Shown in pieces: positions 58,611 through 64,000 of a stretch of 64,000 nt of DNA. Position 1 is the stretch's first letter. The number at the start of each line of letters is the position of its first letter. The stretch comes from Candidatus Cloacimonadota bacterium (lineage in GTDB: Bacteria > Cloacimonadota > Cloacimonadia > Cloacimonadales > TCS61). Under the pieces are notes generated by a model. The model saw only the letters and a list, made by a program, of their open reading frames with translations. It was not told the DNA's origin and made no database searches. The position numbers were made by a program, and so were the translations under genes. The stretch covers positions 1,839 through 65,838 of the forward strand of contig JASUTE010000007.1 of assembly GCA_030445745.1 (NCBI GenBank). Reading direction: 5' to 3'.

Positions 58611-59658
58611 AACCGCTTGTCGCCATTTTAAAGGCGATATTCCCTGCCAGCCACATAAAGAGTACGGTGTACACTGTTCAGAGTGCGCCTATTATGAAAA
58701 AATTGATCATTCTATCTTAATAATAAAACTTGGCGCTGCTGGAGATGTGATAAGAACAACGCCAATACTGCACAAAATAAGCAAAGAATTCCCCAAAGCC
58801 GAAATTACTTGGCTCACCGATTATCCGGAGTTTGTTCCTAAAAGGTATGTGCAGAACATTTTAGCATGGAATTTGCAAAACGTTATTTGGTTGCAGAATC
58901 GTGAGTTTGACCTGCTGTTGAATTTAGATAAAGATAAACCCGCTTTAGGGTTGGCAGAATCTGTGCAGGCTGAACAGAAAATAGGCTATTTACCAAACAA
59001 CACCGGTAAATGTGTGCCAGCAGATGAAAATGCCAAGTATAAATGGCTTACCGGACTTTTCGATGATGTGAATAGGGAAAATACAAAATCGTATCCGCAG
59101 GAGATTTTCGAGATTTGCGATTGGAAATTTAACCAAGAAAAATATATTTTAGAGCTTCCCACTTATGAACCTGTTTTTGAACTCTCTCAAACTAAAAAGA
59201 TAATTGGTTTGAACACTGGCTGCGGTACACGCTGGCAAACCCGGTTGTGGGGAGAGGAAAATTGGCAAAAACTGGCAGATTCATTAGCAGCAGAGGGTTT
59301 TTTACCACTACTTCTGGGCGGTAAGCAGGAAGATGAACTTAATCGCAGGATAGCAGCAGCCAGCCCAGCAGTCTATCTGGGTGCATTTTCACTGGCAAAT
59401 TTTATTCATCTGGTGAATAGATGCAGTTTGGTGGTTACATCTGTAACTATGACTATGCACATTGCCATCGCTTTAGAAAAGAGATTGGTAGTTTTGAACA
59501 ATATTTTTAATAAAAATGAATTTGAAATGTATGGATTGGGAAAGATCTTAGAGCCAGATAAACCCTGTTTGGGTTGCTATAGGAATAGTTGTCCTGAACC
59601 ATGCCTGAAAACCATTTCACCTCAAACTGTTTTACAAGCTATTGAAGAGTTATTATGA
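58600..59658 (+). CDS. Glycosyltransferase family 9 (heptosyltransferase-like) with terminal Cys clusters
   Basis: 352 aa. ILIIKLGAAGDVIRTTP is the GT9 N-terminal signature. An extra 4-Cys segment at the N-terminus and CLGCYRNSCPEPC at the C-terminus. Confidence 0.75.
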   Translation: MKVKTACRHFKGDIPCQPHKEYGVHCSECAYYEKIDHSILIIKLGAAGDVIRTTPILHKISKEFPKAEITWLTDYPEFVPKRYVQNILAWNLQNVIWLQNREFDLLLNLDKDKPALGLAESVQAEQKIGYLPNNTGKCVPADENAKYKWLTGLFDDVNRENTKSYPQEIFEICDWKFNQEKYILELPTYEPVFELSQTKKIIGLNTGCGTRWQTRLWGEENWQKLADSLAAEGFLPLLLGGKQEDELNRRIAAASPAVYLGAFSLANFIHLVNRCSLVVTSVTMTMHIAIALEKRLVVLNNIFNKNEFEMYGLGKILEPDKPCLGCYRNSCPEPCLKTISPQTVLQAIEELL

Positions 59659-60773
59659 AAATAGCTTTTTTAGGGCCGGCCTATCCGTTTCGCGGCGGCA
59701 TTGCTCAATTTATCGAATTACTGGCTAAGCAGTTTGACAAAGAGCATCAAGTTAAAATATTTACCTTTCATAAACAATATCCTAAGCTGATATTTCCTGG
59801 TAAAGAGCAGCAAGATAGAACTGGTAAAACGCCAAATATCGAAATTGAACCGGTTCTTACTCCCTATAATCCTATCACTTGGCCTTCTGCTGTAAAAAAA
59901 ATAAAAAAGTGGCAGCCTGACCTGCTTATCTTTAAATATTGGATACCATTTTTTGCTCCAGCTTTTGGTTACATCGTGCGCAGACTAAAATGCAAAACAG
60001 TTTGCCTGATCGATAATATAGAATTTCACGAAAAATGGCTATTTGCCGAGAAGTTTACTCGCTATGCATTGGGAAATTGCGATTTGCTTTTTACCATGTC
60101 TGCTGCGGTTTGGCAAGATGCTAAGTGCATCTTTCCCCAAAAACAAATTGTAGAGGCTTTTCATCCGCCTTACGATTGTTATAATCAACAAAAATATACC
60201 AAACAAACCGCTAAACAGAAGCTGGAATTAACAGACAAGCGAGTTATCCTGTTTTTTGGTTATATAAAACCATACAAGGGCTTAGATTTACTAATCGCAG
60301 CCTTTTCTAAGCTAAAAAAACAGCTTCCAAACTTGCATTTGCTTATTGTAGGCGAAGTATATGGTGATGACCAAGTTTATTTTGATATGCTCCGTGACTT
60401 TGACGTGGCAGCCGACACAACTTTTATAAATAGATTTGTAAGTGATGTTGAAGTGGAACTATATTTCAAAGCTGCTGATGTTTTAGCATTGCCCTACAAG
60501 CAGGCAACTCAGAGCGGGGTTTTGCATATAGCCTATGATATGGGATTGGGAGCAGTTTCTACTCCCCAGGGTGGTTTACCGGAGCTGATAGAAGATGGTA
60601 AAACTGGTTTGGTTGCCAAGGAAACAACTGCTCAGGCAATATCTACAGCGTTAGCTTCCTATTTGGAATTGGATTTAGAAAAAATAAGCGCAAATTGTAT
60701 TGCAAAGAGCAAAGAGTCGTCTTGGAGTAAATTAGCGGAATTGATAATCAAAAAAGTTCAGGCCGAAACCTGA
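59655..60773 (+). CDS. Glycosyltransferase family 4 (GT-B, GT1-fold)
   Basis: 372 aa. ...LPYKQATQSGVLHIAYDMGLGAVSTPQGGLPELIEDGKTGLV (E-x7-E-like region). Confidence 0.8.
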   Translation: MKIAFLGPAYPFRGGIAQFIELLAKQFDKEHQVKIFTFHKQYPKLIFPGKEQQDRTGKTPNIEIEPVLTPYNPITWPSAVKKIKKWQPDLLIFKYWIPFFAPAFGYIVRRLKCKTVCLIDNIEFHEKWLFAEKFTRYALGNCDLLFTMSAAVWQDAKCIFPQKQIVEAFHPPYDCYNQQKYTKQTAKQKLELTDKRVILFFGYIKPYKGLDLLIAAFSKLKKQLPNLHLLIVGEVYGDDQVYFDMLRDFDVAADTTFINRFVSDVEVELYFKAADVLALPYKQATQSGVLHIAYDMGLGAVSTPQGGLPELIEDGKTGLVAKETTAQAISTALASYLELDLEKISANCIAKSKESSWSKLAELIIKKVQAET

Positions 60774-60781
60774 ACTTTTTA
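60755..60781. terminator. Bidirectional intrinsic terminator
   Basis: agttcagg-ccgaaa-cctgaact flanked by an A-run and a T-run. Overlaps the GT4 stop codon. Also lies downstream of the minus-strand ferredoxin gene. Confidence 0.7.
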
Positions 60782-60785
60782 AGTT

Positions 60786-60962
60786 CTATTTTCCGTTGTT
60801 AATCTTTATCGCTTCTATGGGGCATGCTTCTGCACAATCCCCGCAGGTGATGCAGGCATTGGTGATCTCATATTGCCCTTCTCCTTCTACAATAGCAGAA
60901 ACTGGACAAACATCAGCACAGATACCGCAACTAACACATTCCGAAGTTATAATATATTTCAT
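60786..60962 (-). CDS. 2x[4Fe-4S] ferredoxin (58 aa)
   Basis: Not in the ORF track (under 60 aa). AAGGAG-5 nt-[61 protein letters not shown] has two CxxCxxCxxxCP motifs. Confidence 0.85.
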   Translation of the reverse strand: MKYIITSECVSCGICADVCPVSAIVEGEGQYEITNACITCGDCAEACPIEAIKINNGK

Positions 60963-60987
60963 GCAGGCTCCTTGATGAGGAAGTTGA

Positions 60988-61542
60988 TTAAACTTCCATT
61001 ATTTCTTCTTCCTTAGCTTTAGCTGCCTCAGTTATTTTATCTACCCATTTATCGGTAAGTTCCTGGATATCTTCCAGAAGTGCTGTTTTATCATCTTCGC
61101 TTATTTCGCTGTTCTTTTCCATTTTTTTGGCTACGTCATTGCTGCTGCGCCGAATATTGCGAATTTCTATTTTAGCTTCTTCCTCCATTTTTTTTATTTC
61201 TTTCACAATCTCTTTTCGGGTTTCTTCGGTTAGAGGTTGGAAAGGAAGGCGAATTACGTTACCATCGTTATCTGGAGTAACACCAATATTGGAAGCTAAG
61301 ATAGCTTTTTCGATAAGAGGCAGAGTAGATTTATCCCAAGGTTGAATTACGATGAGCCTTGGTTCTGGAATAGAGATGTTGCCGAGTTGTTTAATGGGAG
61401 TAGGCTGACCATAATAATCGATTTTAACGTCATCCAGAGCAGAGCTGTTGGCTCTTCCTGTGCGTGTTTTCGAAAATCTTTGCAGCATTGCTTTAAATGC
61501 GTTTTCCATTTGGGTTTCAGTGTCTTTTAAAAGCTTATCCAT
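60988..61542 (-). CDS. frr: Ribosome recycling factor
   Basis: 184 aa, typical RRF sequence (...[19 protein letters not shown]...). Confidence 0.95.
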   Translation of the reverse strand: MDKLLKDTETQMENAFKAMLQRFSKTRTGRANSSALDDVKIDYYGQPTPIKQLGNISIPEPRLIVIQPWDKSTLPLIEKAILASNIGVTPDNDGNVIRLPFQPLTEETRKEIVKEIKKMEEEAKIEIRNIRRSSNDVAKKMEKNSEISEDDKTALLEDIQELTDKWVDKITEAAKAKEEEIMEV

Positions 61543-61561
61543 AATTTATTCCCTTGTTTAA

Positions 61562-62290
61562 TTACTCATGGACAAATGTTCCAACTTCATCATTCAACAA
61601 AGCTTTTTCGAAATTACCCTGCTTTAAAACATTGAAAACCTTGATCGGCATATTATGTTCGCGGGCTAAAGAAAAAGCTGTCATATCCATTACTTTCAGC
61701 TGTTTATTAATTGTTTCAGCATAGGTGATATTTTTCAGCAGCTTAGCAGTTTTATCTTTTTGTGGATCAGCAGTATAAACACCGTCAACTTTAGTACCTT
61801 TGAAAACTATATCGGCCTTCAATTCGATCGCACGTAATACAGCAGCAGTGTCGGTAGTGAAGAAGGGATTTCCTGTGCCAGCGCAGAAGAAACATATTTT
61901 ACCTTCATTCAACGAAGTTTCGGCGCGGCTAGGTGTGTAGAACTTGGCTACTTTATCTAGTTGAATAGCAGAGAAAACTTCGGCGCGGTAATTCTTCTGT
62001 TTAAGTTGGTCATCTAAGATCAGAGCATTTTGCACAGTAGCCAGCATTCCAATGTTATCGGCAGTAAATCTTTGTAATTTATCACCTATTTCGGAAGCTC
62101 CGCGGAAAATATTACCCCCTCCTAAAACTACACCAATACTGAAACCAAGTTTCTTTACTGAAAGGATCTCTTCAATTAGGTAATCTACCTTATCCATATT
62201 GATGCCAAATTTAGACTTTCCAGCCAATATCTCACCGCTAATTTTAAAGATGATCCGGTTGATGCGTTCCGGTTTATACTGTCTTTCCAT
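61562..62290 (-). CDS. pyrH: UMP kinase
   Basis: 242 aa. IIFKISGE..., GGGNIFRG, ...GTGNPFFTTDTAA. Confidence 0.95.
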   Translation of the reverse strand: MERQYKPERINRIIFKISGEILAGKSKFGINMDKVDYLIEEILSVKKLGFSIGVVLGGGNIFRGASEIGDKLQRFTADNIGMLATVQNALILDDQLKQKNYRAEVFSAIQLDKVAKFYTPSRAETSLNEGKICFFCAGTGNPFFTTDTAAVLRAIELKADIVFKGTKVDGVYTADPQKDKTAKLLKNITYAETINKQLKVMDMTAFSLAREHNMPIKVFNVLKQGNFEKALLNDEVGTFVHE

Positions 62291-62293
62291 AAT

Positions 62294-63175
62294 TTATCCC
62301 TTTATTTGTTCAGCAACTTCAGTAGCGAAATCTGTTTCATCTTTTTCTACACCTTCGCCAATTTTAAAGCGAACGTAAGATTTCACAGAAAGTGGAGCCA
62401 GATATTGGCTTACACTTATTTTATCGTCTTTCACAAATTTTTGTTGAAGCAAACAGTTTTCTTCGTAAAATTTATTCATCTTACCCATAATAATCTTATC
62501 GATTATTTTTTCAGGTTTACCCTGTTCCAGAAGCTGCTTACGCATAATTTCGCTTTCCTTCGCTTTCACATCTTCGGGGACATCGGTTTTATCTAGGTAA
62601 TCGGGAGACATTGCAGCAATGTGCATAGCTACATCGTGAGCTTTTTCTTTATTTTCAGAAGAAAAGTCGCCATCGATTTCCACCAAAACACCTATTTTAC
62701 CACCCATGTGAATATAGGAGGTTACAAAACCCTCTGTAACTATCTTGGCAAGACGGCGGGGATGCAGGTTTTCGCCAATTTTAGCGATCATATTGGTAAG
62801 TGCATCTTTCACCTTCAGACCGTCTATTTCTTCCTTTAACAAGGCATCGATATCGGCTACGTCTTTTTTCAGGACTAACTCAGTCATTTTTTCGCCGAAA
62901 CTAATAAAGTTTTCGTTTTTGGCTACAAAATCGGTTTCAGAGTTGAATTCCAACATAGCACCTTTTTTATGGTCATCGCTAACAACGGCGAAGATAAGGC
63001 CTTCGGCTGCTACTCTATCTGCTTTTTTGGCTGCTTTAGCGATTCCCTTTTCACGCAGGTATTCAATAGCAGCTTCCATATCTCCATTTGTTTCTTTCAA
63101 TGCTTTTTTGCAATCCATCATGCCGGCATTGGTTTTGGAACGTAATTCCATTACTGTTTTTGCAGAAATTTTCAT
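62294..63175 (-). CDS. tsf: Elongation factor Ts
   Basis: 293 aa. ...ELRSKTNAGMMDCKKALKETNGDMEAAIEYLREKG... UBA-like N-terminus and EF-Ts core. Confidence 0.95.
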   Translation of the reverse strand: MKISAKTVMELRSKTNAGMMDCKKALKETNGDMEAAIEYLREKGIAKAAKKADRVAAEGLIFAVVSDDHKKGAMLEFNSETDFVAKNENFISFGEKMTELVLKKDVADIDALLKEEIDGLKVKDALTNMIAKIGENLHPRRLAKIVTEGFVTSYIHMGGKIGVLVEIDGDFSSENKEKAHDVAMHIAAMSPDYLDKTDVPEDVKAKESEIMRKQLLEQGKPEKIIDKIIMGKMNKFYEENCLLQQKFVKDDKISVSQYLAPLSVKSYVRFKIGEGVEKDETDFATEVAEQIKG

Positions 63176-63238
63176 ATTTTACTCCTACAATTTTTGCAAA
63201 GTAGGAAGAAACTGTCCTGTCTCTCCCTAAAAAATCAA

Positions 63239-64000
63239 TTATTCAGGTTTATCTTCTTTTTGGGGTTCTTTTGTATCTTCTTCTTGAGATTCTTCAGTAA
63301 TTTCAGATTCTTTTTCATCTACTTTTTTTGAAGAAGCTTCTTGTTTAGGTTCTGCTTTTTTAGGTTTTGCCGCACTTTTCTTTTTTGGTTTTTCTGTTTC
63401 TTCTCTTTGTTTTTCTTCTTCGTTATTATCTTCTGGTTCATCTGCTTGTTCTTCCTGTTCGGTTTCAGGTGTGAGTTCTCCTAAATCTTCACTACCTTCG
63501 GAGGCTGCTTGTTTGCCTTCCAAAACAGCATCAGCCATAATACCAGAAATAAGGTGAATAGCGCGAATAGCATCATCGTTGGAAGGAATAACATAATCAA
63601 CCAAATCGGGATCGCAGTTGGTGTCTACCATAGCAATGATTGGAATACCTAATTTACGAGCTTCGTGTACAGCTATTTTCTCTTTTAAGATATCTACTAT
63701 GAAAATAGCATCTGGCAAAGTTTCCATTCCGCGAATACCACCTAAGTTGTTCAAAATCTTGTCATAGTTTTTTTTCATGCGGGTGGCTTCCAACTTGGTG
63801 AAACTGTTGATAGTGCCATCTTCCACAATTTGTTCATAGTAGTCTAGCTTGGCAATACTGTTACGGATGGTTTTCATATTAGTTAACGTACCACCAGCCC
63901 AGCGGTTGCTTACATAGAAAGCACCGCATTTTTCAGCAGCTTTTTCTATAGCTTCTTTGGCTTGTTTTTTGGTGCCCACGAAAAGCACCTTTCCACCTTT
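63239..64000 (-). CDS. rpsB: 30S ribosomal protein S2, N-terminus beyond the right window edge; carries a ~90-aa Glu/Lys-rich C-terminal extension
   Basis: The frame is open to position 64000 (...[15 protein letters not shown]...). The conserved S2 core ends near ...AVLEGKQ, followed by the acidic/basic tail [18 protein letters not shown]...KEDKPE. Confidence 0.95.
   Translation of the reverse strand, partial: KGGKVLFVGTKKQAKEAIEKAAEKCGAFYVSNRWAGGTLTNMKTIRNSIAKLDYYEQIVEDGTINSFTKLEATRMKKNYDKILNNLGGIRGMETLPDAIFIVDILKEKIAVHEARKLGIPIIAMVDTNCDPDLVDYVIPSNDDAIRAIHLISGIMADAVLEGKQAASEGSEDLGELTPETEQEEQADEPEDNNEEEKQREETEKPKKKSAAKPKKAEPKQEASSKKVDEKESEITEESQEEDTKEPQKEDKPE

Overview
AT-rich bacterial chromosomal window. 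It probably comes from an FCB-group or Cloacimonadota-like anaerobe; this is an inference from the many secreted proteins ending in a T9SS-type C-terminal sorting domain (NYPNPFNPTT...).

Most of the window is housekeeping:
- Central metabolism and sugar-nucleotide genes: pgi, glycerate kinase, galE, hldD, pruA, guanine deaminase.
- Translation and nucleic-acid genes: typA, RNase HIII, prfA, rpmE, and the frr-pyrH-tsf-rpsB cluster (rpsB is cut by the right edge).
- Ribonucleotide reductases: class III (nrdDG) followed by class II (nrdJ).
- Envelope and secreted proteins: an M3 peptidase, a TonB-dependent receptor, two ~950-990 aa FG-GAP/T9SS cargo proteins, a PKD lipoprotein, beta-barrel OMPs, and GT9/GT4 glycosyltransferases.

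The ORF track misses several things:
- A 1308-codon gingipain-like C25 peptidase ORF that runs off the left edge (1-3926, minus strand).
- Several ORFs under 60 aa, including a 2x[4Fe-4S] ferredoxin, a zinc-ribbon membrane peptide and a DUF3791-like ORF.

Several intergenic regions carry recognisable gene debris: a sigma-54 activator tail, an efflux adaptor tail, an IS1-like transposase, a GNAT and a truncated TrmB.

The most unusual structure is at 32.4-34.3 kb. Two minimal GIY-YIG nuclease cassettes, one intact and one decayed, sit at the same codon of the Rossmann GxGxxG motif of two different epimerase genes (galE and hldD). Each is flanked by a 90-106 bp direct duplication of the host gene's 5'UTR plus first ~10 codons. 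Both share the same 22-nt junction and a conserved hairpin-tail motif, and both are arranged so that a 16-aa decoy N-terminal peptide is translationally coupled to the nuclease ORF.

Other points worth a second look:
- A 40-bp duplicated terminator flanking an OMP gene cassette.
- A DUF2089-DUF4097-SHOCT-like (LiaX/YvlB-like) operon.
- A clustered GTGGCGC/TGGCGCCA motif around an ssb-PHP gene pair.

All family assignments come from motif recognition by eye. No database search was run.
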